A DNA stretch of 64,000 nucleotides from an uncultured Chloroflexia bacterium (GCA_963728605.1 CAVSKS010000009.1:77447-141446); one strand, 5' to 3'; shown: positions 16,148 through 25,778, numbered from the stretch's first letter. The notes: a model not told the origin generated them from the sequence alone. Translations and numbers: made by a program.

Positions 16148-17164
16148 TCAGCTGGCTGTGGTGGGGTCCACCTTGAGAACGCGATTCCCGCGGGTCGACG
16201 CCCAGATGATGCCGTCATCCCACACGAGGTCGTAGTAGTCGCCACGCCCGAGCAGGACCGTCCCGACGATGGTCGCTGTCAGTGGATCGATCTTCGCGAT
16301 CCCGGTCGCAGTAGCGGCCCACACATGGCCGTCCCCGACGGTGATCCCCACGCCGCTTCCGACGTCGGCGATCGTCGTGACCTCGTTCGTCGCCGGGTCG
16401 ATGCGAGACACGCTCCCAGCCTGGTAGTTGGTGACCCAGACCGCGTCATCGGTCGTCGCCAATGTGTGTGCACCGGCCTCCGTGGTTACCGGCGCGACGT
16501 CGCCGCTCGACATGTCGACGCGGACGACCTTGCCTTCCTTGCACGCCACCCAGGCGCTGGCGAAGGCAATGATCAGGTCTTTCGGATCTCCGCAGACGGT
16601 CGCGAGGTCCGGCCCGATCGGCTGTCCGATCGCTCCGCTGGCTGCATCGATGCGATGAAGCCCCAGCTCGTTGAACAGCCAGACGGCTCCGTCCCCCAGG
16701 GCGAACATACCGCCCATGGGGATCCGAAGGGTCTCCTTCGCAGAGACTGGATCGACCCGTGCGAGCCAGCCACCACCAACGATCCAGAGTCCTTCGCTGC
16801 CAGCCTTCACCTTGTGGCCTCGCGGAACCGCCGGTGCGGTCGTCCCGGTGGCGATGTCGATCCTGACGATGGCGTCGACTGGCGGATCGACCTGGATCCA
16901 GAGCGCGCCGCCCGTCACCGCCAGGGACCAACCGGCGCCGCCGGCGTCGAGTGACCCGAGAAGGCCGGCGGGCGTCGGCATCGGTGTCCTGACACTGGGG
17001 CTTGCGGTCGGCTGTGTCGTCGGCCCTGGGGTCGCGCCGGGGGTCGACGGCACGGCGCCGCCCAGGGTCCCGGTAGTGCAGGCGCCCGTCAGGCCAGAGG
17101 TGACACAGGCGAGGCCAAGTGCTGCGATGCGGCGCCTGACGCCGCTGGTCCGGAGTCTCGTCAT
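16148..17164 (-). CDS. Secreted beta-propeller-repeat protein (YncE/Vgb-like repeats)
   Basis: 338 aa. ATG with GGGAGG upstream. Signal region RRRIAALGLACVTSGLTGAC. Repeated strands of type GAVWLFNELGLHRIDAASG, DAVWVTNYQAGSVSRIDPATNEV and GHVWAATATGIAKIDPLT. Confidence 0.75.
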   Translation of the reverse strand: MTRLRTSGVRRRIAALGLACVTSGLTGACTTGTLGGAVPSTPGATPGPTTQPTASPSVRTPMPTPAGLLGSLDAGGAGWSLAVTGGALWIQVDPPVDAIVRIDIATGTTAPAVPRGHKVKAGSEGLWIVGGGWLARVDPVSAKETLRIPMGGMFALGDGAVWLFNELGLHRIDAASGAIGQPIGPDLATVCGDPKDLIIAFASAWVACKEGKVVRVDMSSGDVAPVTTEAGAHTLATTDDAVWVTNYQAGSVSRIDPATNEVTTIADVGSGVGITVGDGHVWAATATGIAKIDPLTATIVGTVLLGRGDYYDLVWDDGIIWASTRGNRVLKVDPTTAS

Positions 17165-17193
17165 TGGATCAATCCTCCCAGTGTTAGCGGGGT

Positions 17194-17221
17194 CAGGCGG
17201 CGACGCGCCCGTCGCCGCCTG
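17194..17221 (-). terminator. Perfect 11-bp stem / 6-nt loop hairpin between the PD40 gene and the beta-propeller gene
   Basis: caggcggcgac-gcgccc-gtcgccgcctg, read directly, in the 63-nt gap between stop 17228 and start 17164. Confidence 0.4.
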
Positions 17222-17227
17222 AAGGGG

Positions 17228-18148
17228 TCAGGGCAGGCGGTCGCCGCGCGGCTGCCAGGCCGGAACGGACTGGAGGCCGATCCTGCTGACCAGGTGGATC
17301 GAGCCGTCGGCGAGATCGACATACCGGTTCGCCCGGTCGTCGAACCGAAGGAACGCGATGAACCGTCCGTCCGGGGACCACGCCGTGCCGAAGTCATCTG
17401 TTGGTCCGCCAACGACCGTGTGCTGGTCGCTGCCGTCGGCGTTCATCACAAGGATGTTGCCGGGGTCACCCGCGGCGTACGAAATCTTCGACCCATCCGG
17501 GCTCCAATCCGGCGTCTGGTCCTTGAAGACCGGGTCGAACGTGAGCTGCGTCGGATCGGTGCCGTCGGCGTTCATGACGAAGACCTGGCCCGTGCCGCCG
17601 GCACGGTCGCTGGTGAAGACGATCTGGCTCCCGTCCGGCGAGAAGGCCGGGCTGCCGTCGAACCCGGGATCGGTGGTCAGCTGTGTCAAATCGGTGCCGT
17701 CGGTATCGACCAGCCAGATGTCGTCGTTCGTCCCGCCAGGCAGGCGACCTGTGAACACGAGCCGCGTGCCGTCCGGTGAGAAGTCGGGGAACGTCATCCG
17801 GCCGCCGAGGTTGGTCACCTTCCGCTTGTCCTCGCCGTTTGCCTTCATCGTCCAGATCTCGATGACGCCGCCGCGAGCGCGGATGCCATGGCACCAGGCC
17901 AGCGTCTTGCCATCGGCCGACCAGGCAGGGCAGGCGTCGAAGTCCGGGTTGGTGGTGAGCCGCATCGGTGCCTGCCCGCCGGGCAGGGTCGAGTACAGGT
18001 CGACGTTGCCGCCGACGTCGGAGCCAAACGCGATCCGACCGTTGGTCGAGCCGGGGTAGGTGGCGGTCACCGGCTGGCCGATCGCCGCGGCGATCGCGAC
18101 GGCGGCAAACATGGCGGCCGGCCAGCGGGTCTTCGAAGAGCGGTTCAT
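17228..18148 (-). CDS. PD40/TolB-like beta-propeller repeat protein, secreted
   Basis: ORF 17228..18214. I prefer ATG 18148 (AGGAGG upstream; signal MNRSSKTRWPAAMFAAVAIAAAIG). Repeats FSPDGTRLVFTG, FSPDGSQIVFTS, WSPDGSKISYAA, WSPDGRFIAFLR. Confidence 0.85.
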   Translation of the reverse strand: MNRSSKTRWPAAMFAAVAIAAAIGQPVTATYPGSTNGRIAFGSDVGGNVDLYSTLPGGQAPMRLTTNPDFDACPAWSADGKTLAWCHGIRARGGVIEIWTMKANGEDKRKVTNLGGRMTFPDFSPDGTRLVFTGRLPGGTNDDIWLVDTDGTDLTQLTTDPGFDGSPAFSPDGSQIVFTSDRAGGTGQVFVMNADGTDPTQLTFDPVFKDQTPDWSPDGSKISYAAGDPGNILVMNADGSDQHTVVGGPTDDFGTAWSPDGRFIAFLRFDDRANRYVDLADGSIHLVSRIGLQSVPAWQPRGDRLP

Positions 18149-18246
18149 CGGGAAACCTCCTGAATCAGGTTGGTCGGGGCGTTCGCAGGGCATGACTAGG
18201 CAAGGCACCTCCACACAAGGGTTTTGGGGATGGGGTCAGGCGGCCG

Positions 18247-19404
18247 TCAGGGCGTGCCGGCGTCTACCTGCAGCACGGTTCTGGTGTCTGCCGTGGTCAC
18301 CCACAGCGAGCCATCGACCCAGAACGTGTCATGGAACATGGTTCCCGGTAGCGGGATGTCGCGGACGATCTCGTTGGTGAGGGGGTCGACAGCGGCGATG
18401 GATTGCGGAGCGGATGCCCAGACGAGACCGCCGCCGAATGAAAGGCCCAGCGACGGGCTAGCGCCGAATCCGCCGATCCGCTCGATCACGGCCCCGGTTT
18501 GGGGGTCAACACGGACGAGCTCGAGGAGCCGATTGCGGATCCAGAGCAATTCGAAGCCCAGTTCGAGCTCGACCGGGCCGGCGCCGACCTCGACCGTGTC
18601 GACCACCTCGTGCGTCTCGGGGTCGATCCGCACGAGCACGCCGCTTGAGTCGCAGGCAACCCACACCGAGCCTCCGGCGAGAACGATCTGTTTTGGCTCG
18701 GCCGGCACCTCGATCGATGCGACCTGCTCGCCCGTATTCAGATCGGTAGCGACCACGACATGGACGTCCTGGACGAGGTCAACAGACCACACAGTGTCCC
18801 CGTCCTTCGCGGCAATCGATCCGGGGATGCCGTCGAACCGTGCGAGCTCCAAACCGGTGTCCGGATCGACACGGACAAGGACCTGCTCCTCACCCTTCTG
18901 CACCCACAGCTGCTCTTCATAAAGGAACATCGAGTGCCCGCCGGAGACGGTACCGACGACCTCTCCCGTAATGGGATCGATGCCGGTCACCCCGACGTCG
19001 TCTGACTGGACCCAGATGCGCCCCGGCGTTCCGAGGATCTGCCAGGTGGCTCCACCAAGAACGATCCGCTGGATCACGGCCGGATAGGGGTTCGGGCTGA
19101 GGGTCGGCGCCACGGTCGTGGTAACCGACGGGGTAGGCGCGATGGGCACAACGGATGGACCACGACCGCCACCCGTGAGGAAAGCAGCGAGTCCGCCTGT
19201 CGCGGTCAGCGCTGCAGCGACCGCGAGCAGCCGGAGCGGCGGACGCCCCATTCGAACCGGCATCCGACGCAGGAGTGGCCGCTCCTGCGGCGTTGTCATC
19301 AATTCAGCGAGGGTCGCCTCGGTGACCCGTCCGACCGAGGACGGCGCCTCCCGGGTGTCGAGCCAGCGCTCAAGCTTGGCGGTGAATTCGAGGTCGTCGT
19401 TCAT
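18247..19404 (-). CDS. Single-pass membrane partner of ECF sigma B with beta-propeller-like ectodomain
   Basis: 385 aa. ATGA overlap with the sigma stop. N-terminus MNDDLEFTAKLERWLDTREAP...LMTTPQERP, TM LRLLAVAAALTATGGLAAFL, then repeats such as GSVWVACDSSGVLVRIDPETHEVV and GSLWVTTADTRTVLQVD. Confidence 0.75.
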   Translation of the reverse strand: MNDDLEFTAKLERWLDTREAPSSVGRVTEATLAELMTTPQERPLLRRMPVRMGRPPLRLLAVAAALTATGGLAAFLTGGGRGPSVVPIAPTPSVTTTVAPTLSPNPYPAVIQRIVLGGATWQILGTPGRIWVQSDDVGVTGIDPITGEVVGTVSGGHSMFLYEEQLWVQKGEEQVLVRVDPDTGLELARFDGIPGSIAAKDGDTVWSVDLVQDVHVVVATDLNTGEQVASIEVPAEPKQIVLAGGSVWVACDSSGVLVRIDPETHEVVDTVEVGAGPVELELGFELLWIRNRLLELVRVDPQTGAVIERIGGFGASPSLGLSFGGGLVWASAPQSIAAVDPLTNEIVRDIPLPGTMFHDTFWVDGSLWVTTADTRTVLQVDAGTP

Positions 19405-19946
19405 GCCGTTACCCGGGCCTTCGGAAGCTCATCGTCGTGGTCGAGGAAGGCGCGCATGGCGCGCACGGCGTAGTGCAGACGCGACCGCGCCGTGCCCGTC
19501 GGGATGCCGACGATGCGGCCGACCTCGACGAGCGGCATTCCCAGGTAGTGATGCAGGACGATCACCGCCCGGTGGTCGACGGACAGGCGGCTGAACGCGC
19601 GGTCGAGCCGGTCTCGTTCGTCCACCTGGCTTTCTGCGTTCGCGAATTCGGGAAGGAGCGCGAGGGCCACCGGCGCCTGGACCTCCCACGGTCGGCGCCG
19701 CACCTCGTCGCGACACGCGCTGACCACGAGCCGATAGGTCCATGCCTCGAACCGCTCGGGCTCGCGAAGGGACCGCAGCTTGCGCCACGCCGTGATCACC
19801 GCCACCTGCGTGGCTTCCTCGGCGCGGTCCCGGTCGCCGAGGATCCGGTAGGCGACGCCGAACAGGCGGTCGACCGCCGCGGGCACGAGCGCCGCGAAGG
19901 CTTCTCGGTCACCTCGCTGTGCCAGCCGGACGAGCTCAACGTCCAT
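19401..19946 (-). CDS. ECF-type RNA polymerase sigma factor (paralog B)
   Basis: The track ORF is over-extended to 20147. ATG 19946 gives MDVELVRLAQRGDREAFAALV... Contains RFEAWTYRLVV and a region 4 HTH (LVEVGRIVGIPTGTARSRLHYAVRAMR). Confidence 0.88.
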   Translation of the reverse strand: MDVELVRLAQRGDREAFAALVPAAVDRLFGVAYRILGDRDRAEEATQVAVITAWRKLRSLREPERFEAWTYRLVVSACRDEVRRRPWEVQAPVALALLPEFANAESQVDERDRLDRAFSRLSVDHRAVIVLHHYLGMPLVEVGRIVGIPTGTARSRLHYAVRAMRAFLDHDDELPKARVTA

Positions 19947-20107
19947 TCCGTCCTCGACACCCCAGCCGCGTCTCGGCCAGTCGACATCATGACGCGCCGA
20001 CCTGCCCGGAACGTTCAGTCGAACCCGAAGTTCGCGAGAATGACAGCGGCTGCTGCCATCACGACTTCGGCGGGACGGTTGCCGTCGGTGGGAGACTGGT
20101 CGACGCG

Positions 20108-22849
20108 ATGAGTTCGAGGGCGGGCACACGGTCGACGGCGACAACACGCGATGACCTGCCCACGGGCACCGTCACGTTCCTCTTCACCGACATCGAAGGA
20201 TCCACGCGGCTCGGACACGAGCTCGCCGACCGATTTGACGCTGTCCTCGAGGGACACCATCAACTGATTCGTGCGGTCCTCGCGCGGCACGGTGGCATCG
20301 AGGTCAGCACCGATGGCGATGCCTTCTTCGCGGTCTTCCCATCCGCCCCGGCGGCGGTCGCGGCTGCCGTCGAGGCCCAGCGAGGTCTCGCTACGCATCC
20401 GTGGCCGGCCGAAGCGGAGATCCGCGTCCGGATGGGGCTGCACACCGGGGAAGGCCGCCTTGGCGGCGACAATTACATCGGGACGGACGTCAACCGCGCC
20501 GCCCGGATCGCGGCCGCCGCGCACGGCGGTCAGGTCCTGCTGTCGGATGCGACTCGCGCGCTCGCATCACAACTCCCGTCCGGCGTAACGATTCGCGATC
20601 TCGGCAGGCATCGCCTCAAGGATCTCCCCGAACCCGATCGGATCTGGCAGCTCGCGATCGACGGCCTGGAGAGCGAGTTCCCGGCAATTCGATCGCTCGA
20701 CGCCCGGCCCAACAACCTTCCCTTGCCGGCGGCATCGCTGATCGGCCGGACCGCCGAGCTCGCTGCGATCGTCGACCTCGTCCGCGAGCAGCGTCTCGTG
20801 ACGCTCACCGGACCCGGCGGCACCGGCAAGACCCGGCTGGCGCTCGCGGCCGCGCACCATCTCCTGGCCGAGTTTGCCGACGGGGCCTACTTCGTCGCTC
20901 TCCAGGACGCCTGGGATCGGCCAGCCGTGGCTGCGACCATCGCCAAGGCGGTCGGGGTCCGCGAGAAGTACGACCGCGACCTGGAGCAGGGCGTCAAGGA
21001 GTTCGTCGAGCACCGCAAGGTGTTGCTGGTCCTCGACAACTTCGAGCAGGTGGTCGAGGCCGGTGCGCCCCTTGTCACTGAGCTCCTTGCCGCTGCCTCG
21101 GGGCTCCATGTCCTCGTCACGAGTCGGGCGGTGCTCCGGGTTGCGGGTGAACAGGAATTCTCCGTCCCGCCACTGGACGTCCCTGATCCACGCGAGCTCC
21201 CGCCGCTCCGTGTCCTCGGTCAGGTCGAGTCGATCGCCCTGTTCGTCCAGCGCGCACGAGCCGTTGCGCCCGGCTTCGCCGTGACCGATGACAACGCCCG
21301 TGCCGTGACCGAGATCGCCCGCCGGCTCGACGGCCTGCCGTTGGGGATCGAGCTCGCAGCCGCAAGGGTGAAGCTCATGAGCCCCACGGCCATCCTTGAC
21401 CGGCTCGAGCGCCACCTGCCGATCCTCTCTACATCGGCCCGGGACGTCCCCGCCCGGCAGCGGACGCTCCACGACGCGATCGAGTGGAGCTACGACCTGC
21501 TCGAACCAGCAGAGCGGCGACTGCTTGCCCGGCTATCGGTCTTTTCCGGCGGCTGGACGCTCGATGGGGCCGAAGAGGTGGCCAATCCGGGACGCGAGCT
21601 CGGGATCGACACGCTCGACGGCCTTTCCTCGCTGGTCGACAAGAGCCTGGTTCGGCCGCTGGCGGAGGACGGGACCGAGGCCCCGGCCGAGCCACGGTTC
21701 TCGATGCTCCAGGTCATCCGCGAGTTCGGGGCCGAGAAGCTCGACGAGGACCCGGACGCAGAATCGATTCGCCGTCGCCACGCCGAGTGGGTCCTCCGAT
21801 TGGCGGAAACAGCGAAGCCGGAGCTTCGCCGCAACGACCTGCGCCGCTGGCAGCATCTGTTGCGGCGCGAGGAGGAGAACCTCCGGACGGCGCTGCGCTG
21901 GGCGATCGAACGTGGCGAGGCCGAGATCGGCCTCAGGACGGCATCGGCCGTGTGGGACTTCTGGCACTACTGGGCAGAGGTTCGGGAGGGCATCGCCTCG
22001 CTCGAGTCGCTGCTGGCGCTGCCCTCCGCCGCGGCACCCACCGATGCTCGCGCACGTGGCCTCGACGCGCTCGGCGGGCTCGTTTACTGGCAGGGCAAGG
22101 TCGACCGCGCGTGGGACCTCTACGAGGAGGCCGTCGGCATCCGACGCCGCCTCGGCGACCACCACGCGCTTGCCGACGCGCTCTTCGAAACGGCATGGGC
22201 GGCTGCCGCGGCATACGACACGGACCGGGCGCTGGCGCGCGCCATCGAAGCGCGCGACCTGTACCAGGCGTCAGGCGATTCGACGAGCGTCCAACTCACG
22301 AACGACTGGATGCGCATCGAGCCGGCGATCCTCGCCGGGCGAGGGGATCCCAACGCGGCCATCGCGGCGATCGAGCACGCCCATGCGACGACAAGAGCGC
22401 TGGGTCGAACGCACGATGCGACCGACTGGCTCAATGCCGGCGCGCTGCTCCACCAGGTCCATGGCGACCCGACCAAGGGTCTGCCCCTCGCTCGGGAGAC
22501 GATCGCGGCGTGGTACGACCTGGGCAATCTCGGCCGGCTGCCGCTCGCGCTCAAGGTCAGCGCTGCGCTCGAGCTGCAGGCCGGCGAACCCCGGCGCGCC
22601 GTGCGTCTCGAGGCGGCGGCGCGGCGGCTGATCGAGGACGTGGGCGGCGACCTGTACCAGGTGTTCGGTCAACTTGGCGACGCGATCGAGGCGGCCCGGC
22701 CGCTGCTCGATCCCGACGAGCATGCCCGCGCGATCGAGGAGGGCCGAACCCGCAGCCTCGCCGAGCAGATCGCGTTCGCGCTCCGTCGCGACGACGGCGA
22801 GTCGACGCAATCAGCGGGCTGGGAGCAGATCTCCGGATCGGCGCAGTAG
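20108..22849 (+). CDS. Class III adenylate/guanylate cyclase - P-loop ATPase - TPR signalling protein
   Basis: ORF 19919..22849. ATG 20108 precedes the cyclase core TVTFLFTDIEGSTRL...GDAFFAVF...IRVRMGLHTGEG...GTDVNRAARIAAAAHGGQVLLS. Walker A LTGPGGTGKTRLA, then a TPR-like helical C-terminus. No HTH seen. Confidence 0.88.
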   Translation: MSSRAGTRSTATTRDDLPTGTVTFLFTDIEGSTRLGHELADRFDAVLEGHHQLIRAVLARHGGIEVSTDGDAFFAVFPSAPAAVAAAVEAQRGLATHPWPAEAEIRVRMGLHTGEGRLGGDNYIGTDVNRAARIAAAAHGGQVLLSDATRALASQLPSGVTIRDLGRHRLKDLPEPDRIWQLAIDGLESEFPAIRSLDARPNNLPLPAASLIGRTAELAAIVDLVREQRLVTLTGPGGTGKTRLALAAAHHLLAEFADGAYFVALQDAWDRPAVAATIAKAVGVREKYDRDLEQGVKEFVEHRKVLLVLDNFEQVVEAGAPLVTELLAAASGLHVLVTSRAVLRVAGEQEFSVPPLDVPDPRELPPLRVLGQVESIALFVQRARAVAPGFAVTDDNARAVTEIARRLDGLPLGIELAAARVKLMSPTAILDRLERHLPILSTSARDVPARQRTLHDAIEWSYDLLEPAERRLLARLSVFSGGWTLDGAEEVANPGRELGIDTLDGLSSLVDKSLVRPLAEDGTEAPAEPRFSMLQVIREFGAEKLDEDPDAESIRRRHAEWVLRLAETAKPELRRNDLRRWQHLLRREEENLRTALRWAIERGEAEIGLRTASAVWDFWHYWAEVREGIASLESLLALPSAAAPTDARARGLDALGGLVYWQGKVDRAWDLYEEAVGIRRRLGDHHALADALFETAWAAAAAYDTDRALARAIEARDLYQASGDSTSVQLTNDWMRIEPAILAGRGDPNAAIAAIEHAHATTRALGRTHDATDWLNAGALLHQVHGDPTKGLPLARETIAAWYDLGNLGRLPLALKVSAALELQAGEPRRAVRLEAAARRLIEDVGGDLYQVFGQLGDAIEAARPLLDPDEHARAIEEGRTRSLAEQIAFALRRDDGESTQSAGWEQISGSAQ

Positions 22850-22859
22850 TCGGTCACCC

Positions 22860-23108
22860 GGCCGACGATCACGGGAAGGAGCTCGACGTCCTGGCCAAGA
22901 ATGTCCTCCGCCAGCTTCCCGGACATCCTCCCCGGACCTCGGGCTCCACATCCGGCAGCACCTCAGCGGACGGGCTCGCAGCATGAAGTTCTTCGAATTC
23001 GGGCTGGACCTCATCCTTGACGGGATCGAGCGACTGCGTGACGCGCCGCCATCCGCGGTCTCAATCCTCGAACGCAGCCGCCAGAAGCGGCGATCACGTT
23101 CGGCATGA
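22860..23108 (+). pseudogene. Possible TetR-family C-terminal remnant
   Basis: The last 41 codons (ATG 22983..TGA 23108) read MKFFEFGLDLILDGIERLRDA..., resembling the C-terminal F.FGL..I..GLE helix of TetR regulators. The stop overlaps the next gene's ATG (ATGA). There is no N-terminal HTH, because the preceding DNA belongs to the cyclase gene. GC3 is only ~70%. Confidence 0.2.
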
Positions 23109-24421
23109 TGGCCGCGGTCAGGGGGTCCGGCCCTGGCGCCGCCGACCTGGCGGCACTGCTGCGGGAGCACGCGTCGAGGCATTCGGTTCCCGGGGCTGCG
23201 ATCGGGATCCTGTACGACGGCGTTGCCACGACCGCGTACCACGGCGTGGCGGACGTGACCACCGGCGAGCCGGTCACACCCGAGACGCGCTTCAGCGTTG
23301 GATCGTTGACCAAGTCGATGGTCGCGACGGTCATCGCCCACCTGGCAGAAGCCGGCCGGCTGTCCCTCGACGATCCGTTGGCGGCGCACCTGCCGGAGCT
23401 ACGTGGCGGCGGCTGGGCCGGACGCGCCACCCTGCGCGACCTCCTGGCGAATCGGTCCGGGCTCCCGCTGAGCGCGGCGCTCGAGTTCGGTTTCGCCGAT
23501 CACGCGGACGAGGACGACGCCGCGCTCTCACGATTCGTCGCCGAACTCGATGCCGGCGTCAACGCTTCGGCGTTCTGGTCGTACACCAACGTCGGCTGGT
23601 GCTTGGTGGGGCGAGTGATCGAAACCGCGACGGGCGACTCCTGGGAACGGGCGATGCGCCGTCATCTGTTCGAGCGGGCGGCGATGAGCGAGACGACCTT
23701 TGCAACCGAGCCGGATTCCGGGCCTCGTGTCTCGGGGCATGACATCACTAGGGGCGGCGCTGTGCCGCTCGCACCGCTGGTCGCACGCGCGTATGCACCT
23801 GCTGGGACGAGCCTCCTCGCTCCGGTCACGGATCTGCTGCACTTCGCCGCACGGCACCTCGACGAAGCATCCCTCGCGATGCTGCGCATCCCGCATGCCG
23901 AGGTCTCGATCCACGGCTGGTTCGATGCCTGGGGCCTGGGGTGGGCACGGTTCGACTGGCCGGGTGCCGAGGTCTGGGGTTGGGACGGGCTGATCAGCGG
24001 CGAGCGCTCGTTCCTGCGGCTCGTCCCCGGGCATCGGGCCGCCATCGTCCTGATGACGAATGGCAGTACGGGGCGGGCGATGTACCGCTCTCTGTTTGCC
24101 GATCTCCTCGAGCCGTGGCTCGGGGTCGCTTTTCCCCGGCTTCGACTCGACCCGGTCCGGGGCGCGGCGGGTGACCTGTCGCGCTTCACGGGCACCTACG
24201 CCTGGCCGGACCGGACGATCGAGGTCGCGGCCACGCCGAACGGCTTATCTCTCAGGACCGAGAGCGGCGAACGGGAGGCCCTCCCGCTCGATGACCGAAC
24301 CTTCCTGGTCGACGCCTCCGACCCCGACACCCCAACCGTGACCTTCGGGTCGTTTGACGGATCGGGCCGCCCGGGCGTGCTCTACTCCATGCTCTGGGGC
24401 CTGCCGCGCGTCACCGACTGA
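23105..24421 (+). CDS. Serine hydrolase, beta-lactamase/DD-peptidase (class C-like) family
   Basis: 438 aa. SxxK motif FSVGSLTKSMV; YxN motif WSYTNVGW. Confidence 0.85.
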   Translation: MMAAVRGSGPGAADLAALLREHASRHSVPGAAIGILYDGVATTAYHGVADVTTGEPVTPETRFSVGSLTKSMVATVIAHLAEAGRLSLDDPLAAHLPELRGGGWAGRATLRDLLANRSGLPLSAALEFGFADHADEDDAALSRFVAELDAGVNASAFWSYTNVGWCLVGRVIETATGDSWERAMRRHLFERAAMSETTFATEPDSGPRVSGHDITRGGAVPLAPLVARAYAPAGTSLLAPVTDLLHFAARHLDEASLAMLRIPHAEVSIHGWFDAWGLGWARFDWPGAEVWGWDGLISGERSFLRLVPGHRAAIVLMTNGSTGRAMYRSLFADLLEPWLGVAFPRLRLDPVRGAAGDLSRFTGTYAWPDRTIEVAATPNGLSLRTESGEREALPLDDRTFLVDASDPDTPTVTFGSFDGSGRPGVLYSMLWGLPRVTD

Positions 24422-24424
24422 CCG

Positions 24425-24853
24425 TCAGATGCGCCGGTAGTTCAGCTGGAAGTCAAACTCGAGTGGGGACCCCAGCTCCTTGCCCGCCTCCCACCGTCCG
24501 GTGATGGTGTTTCCGTCCTGGCTCAGCTCGCCGACATAGCGCTGCGGCCAGTCCGGGCCCTCGCGGAACAGCGTCCAGACACCGTCCTCGAACGTCATCT
24601 CGTAGAGCCGCGCGACGCCCCGCGAGTCGAAGTAGTGCTGCTGCAGCCCGCCGTCCGGGCCAGTCGCGCCGATGACGCAGATCCCGTTGGGGAACTCGGG
24701 CCGATCGACGGACGAGCGCTCGATCAGAAAGCCGCCGCCCTGGAGCCACTCAAACGTCGTCCGGCCCTCGGCCTCGACGCCGGGAACATCGGTCGCCCAC
24801 TCGCCGACCAGGACGTCAAGCCGGCGAAGCACGTCAAGAGGATCAGCTGGCAT
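24425..24853 (-). CDS. Small conserved protein, DUF1579-like
   Basis: 142-aa ORF. The pattern LVGEW...TFEWLQGGGFL...QQHYFDSRGV...RWE resembles DUF1579; the family label is from memory. Confidence 0.55.
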   Translation of the reverse strand: MPADPLDVLRRLDVLVGEWATDVPGVEAEGRTTFEWLQGGGFLIERSSVDRPEFPNGICVIGATGPDGGLQQHYFDSRGVARLYEMTFEDGVWTLFREGPDWPQRYVGELSQDGNTITGRWEAGKELGSPLEFDFQLNYRRI

Positions 24854-24902
24854 CGATCGTCCTCCACGGGCAGTTGGAACGGTCCGATGGCATCATCGGC
24901 CG

Positions 24903-25778
24903 ATGTCAATGATGACCGTGCCCGTTCCGGGCGCCGATCTCCACGTGGTCGACGAGGGCGATCCCTCGAACCCGCCGATCCTCCTGCTCCACGCGGGCAT
25001 CGCCGACCTGCGGAGCTGGGATGGACTCGCGTCGAAGCTGGTGGACGCGGGGTACCGCGTCGCCCGTTTCGATGCCCGCGGCGCCGGTCGGACCGAAAGC
25101 CGGGTCGTCGACTTCTCGCGGGTGGACGACACGCTCGCCGTCCTCGATGCCCTCGGGGTCGAACCAGCGGTCCTCGTCGGCAACTCGCTGGGTGGCCAGA
25201 CCGCCATCGACACGGCCATCGTCGCCCCGCAGCGCATCGCCGCGGTCGTCGGCGTCGCGGCCGGCATCAGCGGCTTCGAGCCGCGGCGGACCGAGCTCGA
25301 GACGTCGATGTTCGACGAGATGGACGCGCTGGACTCCGCCGACCCACCCGATCCTGCGGCAATCGCCGACATCGACATCCGGGTCTGGGTCGACGGCCCG
25401 GGTCAGCCGCCGGATCGCGTACCGGCTCGAATCCGCGACCTCGTCCGCGAGATGGACATGGGCAGCTACGCCCCGGGACGCGAGACCGGCGGGCTGATCC
25501 GCCTCGATCCGCCCGCCGCCGCGCGCCTTGCAGAGCTCACCTGCCCGGTGCTCGCCGTCGCCGGCGAGCTGGACGTCTCGAGCGCCGTCGCGGCCGCCCA
25601 TCACCTCGAGGCGAATGCCCCGAACGCGCGCGCCGTCATCTGGCCGGACGTCGCCCACATGATCGGGATGGAAGAGCCCGACCGCCTGGCCGGGCTCATC
25701 ATCGAGTTCCTCGCGGGTCAGGGCCGCGCCGCCGGCCCCCAGTCGATGAACCGGGGAACGATCGTCGACGACGCATAG
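24903..25778 (+). CDS. Alpha/beta hydrolase
   Basis: ORF 24672..25778. ATG 24903 gives MSMMTVPVPGADLHVVDEG...PILLLHAG. Nucleophile elbow LVGNSLGGQ; C-terminal His in VAHMIGME. Confidence 0.85.
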   Translation: MSMMTVPVPGADLHVVDEGDPSNPPILLLHAGIADLRSWDGLASKLVDAGYRVARFDARGAGRTESRVVDFSRVDDTLAVLDALGVEPAVLVGNSLGGQTAIDTAIVAPQRIAAVVGVAAGISGFEPRRTELETSMFDEMDALDSADPPDPAAIADIDIRVWVDGPGQPPDRVPARIRDLVREMDMGSYAPGRETGGLIRLDPPAAARLAELTCPVLAVAGELDVSSAVAAAHHLEANAPNARAVIWPDVAHMIGMEEPDRLAGLIIEFLAGQGRAAGPQSMNRGTIVDDA

